NCBI GenBank assembly: GCA_965153355.1
Contig: OZ231126.1
Coordinates: 11,408,001-11,472,000, forward strand
Length of the DNA stretch: 64,000 nucleotides
From: Flaccisagitta enflata
Taxonomy: Eukaryota
Reading direction: 5' to 3'
The notes under the pieces were generated by a model. The model did not search any database and was not told where the DNA came from. It saw only the letters and a list, made by a program, of their open reading frames with translations. Positions 21,913 through 32,634 of this stretch are shown one piece after another (positions within the stretch are counted from its first letter, which is position 1; each line of letters starts with the position of its first letter). The translations under genes and the position numbers were made by a program.

Positions 21913-24900
21913 GACGGATCCGAGTATCTACCACTCGCCCGGCGACATGGTGCGCATCTCCGACTGGCGGCCATTTCTAAATCTGCCGCCGATTCAAAGA
22001 GGAGACGCTGTCAATCAATGGGTATCAGACTTGGTCTCGGAAATTGAACCTGCGCGTGCGTCTCCAATGCAGCAAGCTGACGACATGCTTGCGGATCTCG
22101 ACGACGCCGACGCTCTCGCAAGAGGCCGCGGGATCATCAACGGATTGACGCCGCAGGAGAGGGCGTGGCGACGCTCGTCAACAGGAGTGGAGAGAGACAG
22201 ATGGGGTAGGCAGTTGGAGGAGGAAATGCGACAAGGCCGCCGGCTGATTAACGATATGCAGCAGCAACAACGGGAGGAGGAGCAGCGACAGCAACAGGAG
22301 CAACAGCAGCAGCATCAATTGCAGATGCAGCAGCAGCAACTCCAACAGCAACGTCAACTCCACCGACCACAGGAGCAGCAGCAAACGACGGCTCAACGGC
22401 AGCAGCAAGAGCTGTTGCAGCAGCAGCAGTTGCAGCAACTACAACAATTTTGTCAACAAGATCAGCAACAACAACAGAACCTGCAGCCGGCGCCACAACC
22501 TGTGGCGCAGCAACAGCAACAACACGATCAGCAGCAGCAGCAGCAGCAACAACAACAACAATCACAAAACGATGCAGGGGAAAACATGCAACAGCAACTG
22601 CAGCAGCAACAGCAACCTCCCGCCGCAATCCCAGCGGTGGTGGTGGATCCTCCAGCTTCAAACAACCATTTTGTCGAAAGCATGAACATCAGTGAGGAGA
22701 CAGAAGAAGAGAGACAGCAACGCCTTGCAGATCAACGGCTGCGCATGATGGCTGAAGGTGAAGGTGGTGATGCAGCAACAGCTCCAAAGGCGCCGATCGC
22801 GGTGCCATTGGGATTCCAACAACGAAGCTCATCACAAGAAGACAAGGACTTATACGACAAAATGTGTAACTTTCGCCAGCAGCAGCAACGAGATGAAGAT
22901 AGAAGAGCGGGAATATTCAACAATGCGGCAGAAATGCAACGGAAGCACTGGAATAGCCTGAACGACGGCGGCATTGGTGGGGCTTTAGAGCAGCGGGATG
23001 TGAAGCTTAGGCAACTGTCTGAGCTGGAACAGCAGCAGCCGCAGCATCCGCCAAAAGACCGTCGATCTATCTTCAGAAACGCCAATCCGGGATCGCTCAA
23101 TCCGAACATACAGCAACGCCATGTGCAGTCAGTGGAAACGTCCGTCAAGCAGCCGATGCAGCAGCAGCAACAGATGGAGCAGCAGCAGCAGCAAGGACAA
23201 CGCCAGCCGCAACTGCAGCAGCAGAATGAGCAGCAACAGCGTCCTGACCAGCAACAGCAGCTTCAACATCAACAGTGGCAGCAGCAACGGCTTCAACAAC
23301 AGCAACAGCATCAGGATCAGCATCATCAAACCCCAGCGGCAACGATTCTCCCCACCGCACCGGAAGTGATCTTCGAGAGGCAGATTGGCTCTGCTAGAAG
23401 GGAGACTGGTATTCCCCATCAAGAGGAAAAGGTCTTCAACACAGCCGGAAGCGGGGGTGATGCAACGGAGGCAATGCGCAGGAGGCAGAAGCAGGAGGCC
23501 GCTGACGCGAAGTTGGCACAACAGCTGCAAGATAAAGAAAGAAGAAAAGTCGCTCCTAAGAAGACAACGAATGGATTGCAGCCGAAGGCGCCGAAAGTAG
23601 CGCAAGCGCCTCTAGCAACGCCTCAAGCGGAAGTTATCCAGCAGAATCAGCGTTTGCAGCAAGAAGTGGACAGTTTGAAGATGCAGATTCAGCAGAGAGA
23701 CTTTGACCTTGCCGCAGCGAGAGCAGAAGAAAAACAGCGAAAAGAAGATCAACAACAGCGACAGTACGTCCGCCAAGATTTTGATGCTCCCCGATTCCAT
23801 CAAGATGATCGTCAACAACAAGTGAATCAGCAAGAGGAAGTGGGGTGGAGCGTAAAAACCACCAAAAAGAGATCTCCGGTGAAAGTCGGGGGTCAATACG
23901 CTTTCGTCCAACAACCCCCAGCGTATCATCAAGTGGAGCATCACCAAGTAGTCCGTCAACCGGAAGTTCACGTTCAGATGCCCAACAATCCGGCTCTGGA
24001 CAGGTTTTTGGAAAGAGCGACGTACAATGATCTCATGCGAGCAAGGGAGGTCGGCCTCAAAGCGTTGGAGAGAGCAAGACCTGAGAAGCCTCTGCAGGAG
24101 CTTTCGTCCACTGACTTTATGATGTGGAAGAGGAAGTTTAAAGATGCTGAGAAGCATGAAGGCTTGACGCAAATGGACATCTTATTGGAATTGCCTAAGT
24201 GGTTTGCTGGTCCGGCAAAAGAGATCATTGAAACTGCGACGATTGATGCAACTGAAGCGACAGCAAGAGGAGAGATTGACGACGCCTTCGCAAAAATGGA
24301 CGTCGTCTTCATGGCAAGGCGCTGCAACATTGCGGCGCTGTTCAACGAAATCGTCGCGGAGGCGAAGATCCAGTCGGCCGACCATGCAAGGCATTTCAAT
24401 TTGTCTGCAAGGTTGCAAAAGGCAAAGAAGATTGCGAGGACCTGTGGAGAAGTGCAACAATGCTATCGTGACGAGCTGCTGCAGGAGATCCTCAACAAGA
24501 GGGTCCCTCATCTTGCAGATAAATTCTGGGAAAAGCAACATGAAGCAGCCCTAAATGGACAAATGTTTTCATTCGACAATTTGGTCAACTTGATCGAGAC
24601 ATGGGCAGTGATTCAGCGCAACAAAGGCGCCAGCTGCAAAACAGCATCAGTGGCAGCAGTCGCAACTACAGAGAAAGAAGCGCCATCATCATATGAAGAT
24701 GCTTTGACCAATGGCAAGCAAAAGACGCAGTCGACGGACCGCTGCAACGTCTGCAGTGGAATGCATCAAACAGAAAACTGTCATCAACTGTTAGAGTTGG
24801 AAGTGGACGCGAGAGTTCAAAAGATCATGTCTCGTCGTCTTTGCTTCCACTGTCTCGCGCCAGGACACAACGCCAAAGGATGCGTGAACAGGCCGACTTG

Positions 24901-25117
24901 CCAAACCTGCAAGAAGCGGCACGCAACGATTCTCCACGGGCGCACCTACAAGAAAGAAGAAAGGGAAGAGAAGAAAGGAGAAAATAAGCAGGGAAATAAA
25001 GTACCGCTGGCTCCCTTCAAAAAGTCAGAGGATGCGGCTGCAGCAGCACCAACAACTTCGTCGACGACGGAGGCAGCCGATCCAACGGAAATCATCTCTC
25101 CTAACGCCACGGCATGA
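21788..25117 (+). CDS. gag: Bel/Pao Gag with long poly-Q region
   Basis: 1109-codon ORF; C-terminal CNVCSGMHQTENC, CFHCLAPGHNAKGC and CQTCKKRHATILH form the Bel/Pao triple knuckle; stop TGA at 25115-25117. Confidence 0.92.
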   Translation: MGIAKDPSMNSHGTVSQLTLTPPVTMLPALRLQGCERLRQTPTDPSIYHSPGDMVRISDWRPFLNLPPIQRGDAVNQWVSDLVSEIEPARASPMQQADDMLADLDDADALARGRGIINGLTPQERAWRRSSTGVERDRWGRQLEEEMRQGRRLINDMQQQQREEEQRQQQEQQQQHQLQMQQQQLQQQRQLHRPQEQQQTTAQRQQQELLQQQQLQQLQQFCQQDQQQQQNLQPAPQPVAQQQQQHDQQQQQQQQQQQSQNDAGENMQQQLQQQQQPPAAIPAVVVDPPASNNHFVESMNISEETEEERQQRLADQRLRMMAEGEGGDAATAPKAPIAVPLGFQQRSSSQEDKDLYDKMCNFRQQQQRDEDRRAGIFNNAAEMQRKHWNSLNDGGIGGALEQRDVKLRQLSELEQQQPQHPPKDRRSIFRNANPGSLNPNIQQRHVQSVETSVKQPMQQQQQMEQQQQQGQRQPQLQQQNEQQQRPDQQQQLQHQQWQQQRLQQQQQHQDQHHQTPAATILPTAPEVIFERQIGSARRETGIPHQEEKVFNTAGSGGDATEAMRRRQKQEAADAKLAQQLQDKERRKVAPKKTTNGLQPKAPKVAQAPLATPQAEVIQQNQRLQQEVDSLKMQIQQRDFDLAAARAEEKQRKEDQQQRQYVRQDFDAPRFHQDDRQQQVNQQEEVGWSVKTTKKRSPVKVGGQYAFVQQPPAYHQVEHHQVVRQPEVHVQMPNNPALDRFLERATYNDLMRAREVGLKALERARPEKPLQELSSTDFMMWKRKFKDAEKHEGLTQMDILLELPKWFAGPAKEIIETATIDATEATARGEIDDAFAKMDVVFMARRCNIAALFNEIVAEAKIQSADHARHFNLSARLQKAKKIARTCGEVQQCYRDELLQEILNKRVPHLADKFWEKQHEAALNGQMFSFDNLVNLIETWAVIQRNKGASCKTASVAAVATTEKEAPSSYEDALTNGKQKTQSTDRCNVCSGMHQTENCHQLLELEVDARVQKIMSRRLCFHCLAPGHNAKGCVNRPTCQTCKKRHATILHGRTYKKEEREEKKGENKQGNKVPLAPFKKSEDAAAAAPTTSSTTEAADPTEIISPNATA

Positions 25118-28100
25118 CTGGCGGCGACGGCAACGTCGCGGTCCGTCTCTTCATTCGACGACGTTGTCCGTCCGATCGTTCCAGTGACTATTATAAACAA
25201 TTCTTCGGGTGCGCAGAGGACGATTTACGCTATGATCGACTCAGGCGCTGATCGCGACGTGATCAGTACCAATGTCATTCGCAGTCTTCTGATTCCAACA
25301 AAAACAGTGCAAATGACGGTGATTACTGTGGGAAGTCATGTTGTTGAGGATCGTTTCATCGCTTCATTCACCATGCAATCGGTCGACGAGGAATATGTCG
25401 TCGACATCAGCGACGCATTGGTGGGTGATTTGTTAACGAGTGAACGCGATATTCCTCCTTTTCTCCGCGACCTATCTGACCAACCTCACATCGAAGGCGT
25501 AAAATTTCCAGAAGCTGAAGGCGGTGTGATGATGATCATCGGAGCGGCGCATGCGGATGCCGCCGTCGCTCAAGAAATCCGTCGAGGGCCTTCAGGATCT
25601 TTGACTTGCTTTAGATGTCTATTCGGTTGGACTGTATGTGGAAAAACGGGCAAAAGAGGACGAGATATTGCGTCGATCAACGCTATCGCGACGGATGACC
25701 GCGTCCTCAACGATAATATCGATCGCATCCTCGACAATCGCGTCCTCAACAGCAACATCGACCGCATCTTCTACCATGACTTTGCATCATCAATCGTCTC
25801 GCAAGAGGAGATGGGTGATTCCCTCGAAAATGTCAGAGCGTGCAAAACGTTAGAGGAAAAAATATATTTTTGCCCAATTGTGAAAAAGTACTTTGCTCCC
25901 GTCACATGGAAATTTCATCATGAAAAAATCATGGAGATTCTGAGAAGAGTGAAATCACGACCGACTGCGATGAAGCGACTCGGCAACCAACGTTTTCGCT
26001 TCAAGCGTGATCCAGCCTTCAAAGAAAGAGTCTTCCGTGAAATCGAGAAGTTTTACGAGACGGGAGTGGCGATTGAGATTGACAACGTCGACGACGACGA
26101 CGGCATTGAGAAGCCGCGCTGGTATTTGCCGCTTCATATTGTCGAATTGCGCGGAAAAACGCGCGTATGTCATGATGCGCGTGCGGCGACCGACGGGATC
26201 TCACTCAATGATTTGCTCGTCGGAGGCCCAAACTTGATGAATAGCCTGATGGACATCCTCATGCGTTTTCGTCAGTGGAAAATCGCCTTTATGTGTGACA
26301 TAAAGGCGTTTTTCCACCAAATCCGCGTCCATCCTGACGACGCTGATTTATTCAGATTCTTCTGGTTCAAAGATCGCACCCTTCGAGAAGCAATTTTGAA
26401 TCTGTTTCTATCACACGTCTTCGGCAGCCAATCCAGCTCATTCGTCACATCTTTCACCGTCAGAAAGCATGCTGAAGTAATCCGGCCCAAATATCCCTAC
26501 AACGTCTACGATCTTATTCGCTATGGCTTTTACGTCGACGACGGAAGTGGGGGTGGGGATTCGGTCGACGAAGCACTGCAACTAAAGGTGGATTCAGTGG
26601 CGGCGATGGCGGAAGGCGGGATGGACCTTGTGAAGTGGAAGAGCAATGCGCGGCAATTGATGGATGGAGATCCAAATGTGCCAATCCCCATTTCAGATAA
26701 GCAAGATGATGCGCCGACGAAGGTGTTGGGCGTCTCATGGCTTCCGGCGGAAGACGTCTTCATTTTCATCTGCGACGAAGAATTCAAAACTCTTAGGGCA
26801 AAGACACCTCGTCAATTGGTCTCCATGCAAGCCAAACTTTATGATCCATTGGGATTTTGGAGTCCAAGCGCATACATCGGCAGACGACATCTTCAACTTT
26901 GTCGTCCACAGGAAGTGGGATGGGATTCGCCCTTGGAAGAGAGCGTCGAGGAATCCTTCTTCCGCTACACTTCATCTTGGCCTCTTCTACAACAATACCG
27001 AATTGAACGCTGGTGGAATGGCGGCGTCGACAACAGTGACATTGCGGAAATAACAATCGAGATCTTCTGCGATGCAGCTCCAAAAGGCGGATATGGAGCG
27101 GTTGCATATCGACGTCAAGTCAACCGAGATGGAGATGTTCACATTTCATTCATCGCCTCCAAATCTCACGTCATTCCACTCAATCCAAAACGTGCTTCTC
27201 ATCACAACAGCGTTCCACGCGTCGAGATTGTATCCGCGGAAAAGGCAGTGCAGCTCAAACGCTTCGTCGGAAGGACCATCAACTTGGACAATCTCGTCGT
27301 CAGATTTTGGTCTGATTCTGAATCTGCACTGAAGATGATTTACAATCCGGCGAAACCGAGGCCTGTGTTTTTCGCCAATCGTCTCTCCAAGATCCATAGT
27401 GGGTCTGATCCTCAACAGTGGCGCTGGGTTGATTCGTCAAACAACCCGGCGGACCACTGCAGCAGAGGCATCCAGGCCCATGAAGCCGAAAAATGGCGTC
27501 AATTCCATCACGGTCCCGCATTTTTGCGTCTTCCCGAAGATCAATGGCCAAAGACGAACATCGCGACGTGCCCTATTTCTGCACAAGTCGCCGCATTATA
27601 TGTGGCTGAAAGTGAAAAGAAAGAAGTGGCTGACGCGATACTTCTTGCAGCAGCTTCTCGGGGAAAATGGATGCACAAGTTGCGGATCATCGGCATGGTT
27701 CTTATCGCAGCCAAAAGGTGGAGAGCGTATCCAAGGGCGAAGACACGAGCAACAAAGGATCTCCTTCCTAAACCGGAAGTGACGCAAGACGTTTTGGAGG
27801 AGGCGCGCAAACAGCTCGTCAAGTCAATGCAGCGGCATCATTATTCAGACGTCTTTGAACAATTGGAGTTGGGAAAAGTATTCAAGCCAGAAAGCCGTCA
27901 TGACTTTATCATCAAAAACAAAGAGATGCGGAAATTGAATCCTTTCGTCGACGACGACGGTATCATTCGCGTCGGCAGTCGATTGGAAAACGCCGACATC
28001 GCACATGACGCTAAATTCCCCTTCATTTTGCCGCCAAAAGACGAGAATGTGAAATCATTGATTCGTCATTATCATCACAATGATTTTCACGCGGGTGCAA

Positions 28101-29167
28101 AGCATACGTTGTGCCAATTACGCCAGTTTGTGTGGATTACAAAAGGTCTTCAGGCTGTCAAGAGCGTCGTCAACACGTGCTTCAGATGCCAGAAGAACTT
28201 TAAAAAGAACGCAAATCAGCAAATGGCCAATCTTCCATCAAATCGCGTCAATCCTGCACCTGTTTTTGCAGAGACTGGATTGGATGTCATGGGGCATTTC
28301 CTAGTGAAGATGAACGGGCGTGCTGATCACAAGGTGTGGATCGCAGTGTTCACCTGTTTCGTGTCACGCGCCGTCCATGTGGAATTGCTCTTCAACATGT
28401 CAGCTGATGCGATGGTAAATGCAATCATCCGCTTGGCAGCAAGGCGCCCAGGAATTCCGCTGTTTCACTTCAGATTGCGGGACGAATCTAGTAGGCGCCA
28501 ATAATATCCTCAAGAAGGAAATGGAAGCTTGGAACCGCTCGTCAACTCCCGAACTGCAGCGGCGCGGCCTTCGGTGGGATTTTATCACGCCGAGAACACC
28601 CCACTATGGAGGGGTGTGGGAGAGAATCGTCGCTCTCTTTAAGCGCCATCTTGCTTCCATCTCAACTGGCGCCATCCTCCACGTCGACGCCTTCAACACT
28701 GCCGTTGTCGAAGTTGAAGGACTTCAACGTCGCCTCTGACAGCGCTCAGCGATGATCCAAATGACTCTGAGGCCCTTACACCGAATCATATCCTCAATCC
28801 ATCTACATCCGGCCATGCCCCTCTAGATCTGGTGCAACAAGGCGTCAACTCTGACGCCGACTCTGCGAAGATTCAATGGAGGCGTGCGCAATCGCGTGTG
28901 GATGCATTTTGGAAATCATGGAGGGTCGAATACTTGTCGCTTCTTCACGCGCGAAGCAAATGGTCGAGATCCGAGAAAGACTTTGCGGTGGATGACATGG
29001 TCATCGTCATGGACGAAACGCTGCCTCGTCACAATTGGAGTTTAGGACGTGTCATGGGCGTCGAGGGTTCGTCAGCCCATGTCCGGAGGGCTCACATCCG
29101 GCGCCAGGATGGAAAGATCGTGACGAAAGACCGCACGAAGCTCGTGCGGCTGGAATTGGACTCATAA
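25118..29167 (+). CDS. pol: Bel/Pao Pol (protease, RT, RNase H, integrase); in frame with gag; frameshifts in integrase near 28450 and 28720
   Basis: PR AMIDSGAD; RT RVCHDA, LNDLL..GPNL, DIKAFFHQI, FYVDD; RH FCDAA..YGAVAY, WSDS, WRWVDSSNNPADHCSRG; IN HHNDFHAG..CFRC, GLDVMG, FTCFVSRAVHVE, SDCGTN, HYGGVWER; C-terminal FWKSWRVEYL..R.KW; TAA at 29165-29167. Confidence 0.93.
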
Positions 29168-29519
29168 AAAACGCTAAGTTTTTGAGAGAGAGAGAAAAAG
29201 GCGCATGGGCCTGTCCATTAGTAACTATAGATATGAGTGATTGATACTCTGACTTGTTATATTTACAAAGAGTTGTTATTATTCATATTTGGTTCTGATT
29301 ATCCATGCTTTCATCTTTCCTCTTGTCAATTATGTTGTCCATTTCCATTTACACATCAAAACACTGATTCATTCGCTCTGTCTATATGTACATATTATTG
29401 TGCCAAATCCGTTCTTACCTTTATCAGTTCTTCAACACGAACATTTCAAAGCTTCCGCTGACGACGTCATTCCATCTACGAAGTCAGTTTGCATCTTGAA
29501 GTCGCTCGTCGGAGTCAAG

Positions 29520-32090
29520 ATGTCCCGTCAGCAGCGTCTCGAGGCTGAAGCCGACGTGTCGACGTCGTACGGGTCCTTGGATCTTCATCGACTCTTCAAC
29601 GACGGCTCAACTCGAGAGGGATCTGCATCCACGACGTCGTTCGGGGCGGAGGAGGAGGCTGTCGCGCTGGCAGCCTTCAATGGCGACCTTCGTTCCGTCG
29701 TCGACGCAAAAATGGCGAATAAAAAGCGTCAACAAGATGATGCGTTGGTAAATCGTCAACAGCCATCCAACGCCGTTGATCCCGCGTCGCTTCCTCCATT
29801 GGTGGTCATCAGAGATGGAGGTTCGAGGCGGATTTCGATCAATCGGCCGCCGACGGACTTATTCACCACTTCTGCGGCGGCGTCATCATCGTCGGATTTG
29901 CCCTCATCGCCTCGCCAATTCTGCCTTGATTTCGGGCGCCCAGCGCCTCGTGATCAAGCCGTCTGCATGCACATCAACGCAAAGGGGCGAAGAGAGAGAG
30001 AGATTAATGAAGATGGGAGCAAGAGTGTGGAGGAGGAGGGGATGAAAGAGGAGGAGGTGCTGGTGAATGGGGAGGTGGTGGAGAAAGACATTGACCCGGA
30101 AGTGGACACTGCGACTCCGGAAGAGAAACACCAACGGATGCAGGCGCGTTGGTGGTATCGTATCATCAGCCCGGACGTCAAGTATCTCTCTTCAAAGAGC
30201 TTCTGAAAACTGGTATGCTGCAACAAACAAACTCTCATGCGCTCATCGGCTAATCAAACAGAGCTTTGCTCGGAGACTCTGGAGCGCAAAATCCAAAGCC
30301 ACAAGAGAAGGAGGGAGCATGATAAGGAGGTTCGCGCATGCATCCAGCGACGAAGAGGAAGAATGCATGCCCGGCTTCCTGGTGCAATCTCCGCCGACGC
30401 TCGTTAGTCTCCACCAGCGGTGGCTCGTGCTCGACGCAGCCGCAGCTACATCAGCGGCACCACTCTTACAGCATCAGGGAAGGTTAACGCGCCCCTGACT
30501 GCTCATCCCCAAATCAGCAGCAAATAGGTCCTCGTGACGTCACTCCTCACAAAAATCGAAGAGGATCACGTCAAAAGACTTCACAAAACGCGCAATGCCG
30601 GTAGTCAATGTGGGCCAGATTCCAAAAGCAAAGGCCCCCTTCAAGCGCCTCCAGGCGCGCCCCTGCAGCAGTAACGCCCAAAGGCCAAGGAGAAGCCAAG
30701 CGGTTCGCCGACGGCACAAGGCAGCAACCCAGAAGCTGGATCAGGCGCCTGGGGCAGCAGCAAAGGAAGAAGACCACGAGAGCTGGGAAGAAGCACAGCA
30801 GCAACCAAGGAGGTTCTACGGCGGTGCTTCGCGTCCGCTGCCAAACTCAAGGCTCTGGCCAGCAGACGGGAGCGTTTTTCCTTCACTCGCAGCCATCAAA
30901 AGCCGCGGTAGGAAGCGAACTAGCTGGCGGTGCTTCAGCATCTGTTGTGCTGGTGTAGCGCTCGTCAGCAACCGAAAGCCTGCCAAGGCCTGCAGCAAGT
31001 GCAGAACCCGCCTCCTTCGTCGGATCCAGCCTTTGATCCTGCGCATGGACACCACATCGCCGAGTCATTGCTACGAGAAGCCTCTTTACTGACCTCAAAT
31101 GCTCCATTGGGGGTGGTGAAGAATTTAGCATCAAGGCTTCCAAATGACTTCTTCTAAACGCTTCCTCCGCGTCAACGAGTTGAAGCGGCTCGTCAAGTCT
31201 TAGACGAGCGAATTCGTCGCAACATCCAAAAGGAGAAAGACGATGCTCGCCGCAGAAAGCAGCTATGGCTGCGGACAATGAGGTGGTCAAAGGCACCAAG
31301 CGAGTCGTGGAACTGGAGAAGCAGCTTGAAAGGAGAAGCAGGCCTGGTGCAATGAAGGCTAAGAAGAAAGAGGAAGCGGTGAAACGCGCAAAGGCGGCTA
31401 TGGTCGCCGATTTTAAAACTGCGTCCGCCGTACGCCCAAAATTTCGACTGGCACCGAACTGCGATGCAGTATCTCCACCTCCTGCGCCTTCTCCAGCAGA
31501 AAAAGTCTGTCAGCAGATCCCGTCGCAAAAAGACGCTCTCAAGCCTGGGAATAAGAAAAATCGAACCAGGTCTTGGAAAAATCAGACCGCCAGCTAAACG
31601 CTGATTAAAGCTACGCCCAGTTGCTGTTCAACTTAATTACCACTTTGCAACATGTGGTGGAGAGCGCCGCCATTCGCTGAGGATCGTGATCTTCCCACCT
31701 TCACATCCTCATCTCATCGATGGACAGGTCGTGCTGTCAGCGCCACCCGGGGCGTGGGGGAATGACGTCTGCCCCGCCCGCGAAAACGCCCGCGTAAGTT
31801 TCATGGTTTGGGAAGGGTTGAAGTTGAGTTTTGTTTGTAAATTTGAATCTGTGTACGATAAGAACTTTACTAATCAATCTGCCCCCATTTTTCTTTTTCC
31901 TTTCTTCCTTCGGGAGGATACACTTCAGATCTAAGCTGCACCACCTGCGCCTTTCGATGCGGTCGCCGTCGACGACATCACTCATCGCCTCCGCCCACGA
32001 GTGTTGACGAGGTGTTGGATCCGGAATGACCCGCTCGTCTCTGTAACGGAGAAGGCGCAGGTGATGTGGTCGTTCCATGATGCTTACTAA
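29520..32090 (+). CDS. Putative third (accessory) ORF of the retrotransposon; unknown function, frameshifted in this copy, probably one intron (31794 to about 31916-31928)
   Basis: Successive plus-strand ORF pieces (29289-30206, 30067-30498, 30595-31157, 31265-31597, 31686-) whose peptides recur in the second copy (e.g. LREASLLTSNAPLGVVKNLASRLP, NDPLVSV.EKAQVMWSFHDA); acceptor cttacctttatcAG at 29427; donor cgc|GTAAGT at 31794; TAA at 32088-32090. Confidence 0.55.
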
Positions 32091-32634
32091 TTTTTCTTTT
32101 ATTCAACAGATTCGTTTTTATTATATAGTTAGTAATTTATTTAATTTTGTCTTGTTTTGTCTGGTTCTTTGGAACATGTACATTTTTACAGGGGCTTGTT
32201 TTAGACATGGTCTTAGTCATTATTACGAATACTGCAATGACATGTTTTAGTAGTATGCTCCCACTTATTCTTTCCACTTTCAAGTCAAATCCCAGGCTTG
32301 AGTGCCTCCTAGGCCTGCCCCCTCTCCCCCTTCCCTTTAACTTTTTCAGAACGGGCCTTCAACCTTCGCTGCTGCCTGCTCCCATCCGTCGTCATTGACG
32401 CAATTTTTGCTGCGGTGGATCCTTCCGACGTAAACACCATTCCGTGCAGTCGTCGACCTGTTGATAGTTAGGGTGGGGATGCAAGAGGCGGTGGACGGGG
32501 GGGGAGGGGCGGGGGTTGTGTCTATGTAAATTTTTTTTTAAGGAAGGTAGTATCGGTTTTTTAGTAGGGTTTTCGACTGAAATTCATTAGATGTCGGATT
32601 TTTTACCCGTGAAATCTCCAAAATGTAGCAGAAA

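Noticed and set aside
22178-27822. Numerous antisense and alternate-frame ORFs over gag and pol
   Set aside because: Shadows of the GC-rich or CAG-rich coding strand; no independent motifs.
29289-32090. Calling the third ORF env
   Set aside because: No signal peptide, transmembrane segment or cysteine framework visible. The hydrophobic start of ORF 29289 is AT-rich spacer upstream of the acceptor.
32061-32109. 49-nt intron GTGATG...TTCAACAG
   Set aside because: The frame reads straight through as VMWSFHDAY* in copy 1 and VMWSFHDAC* in copy 2, so it is more simply the ORF end; not excluded.
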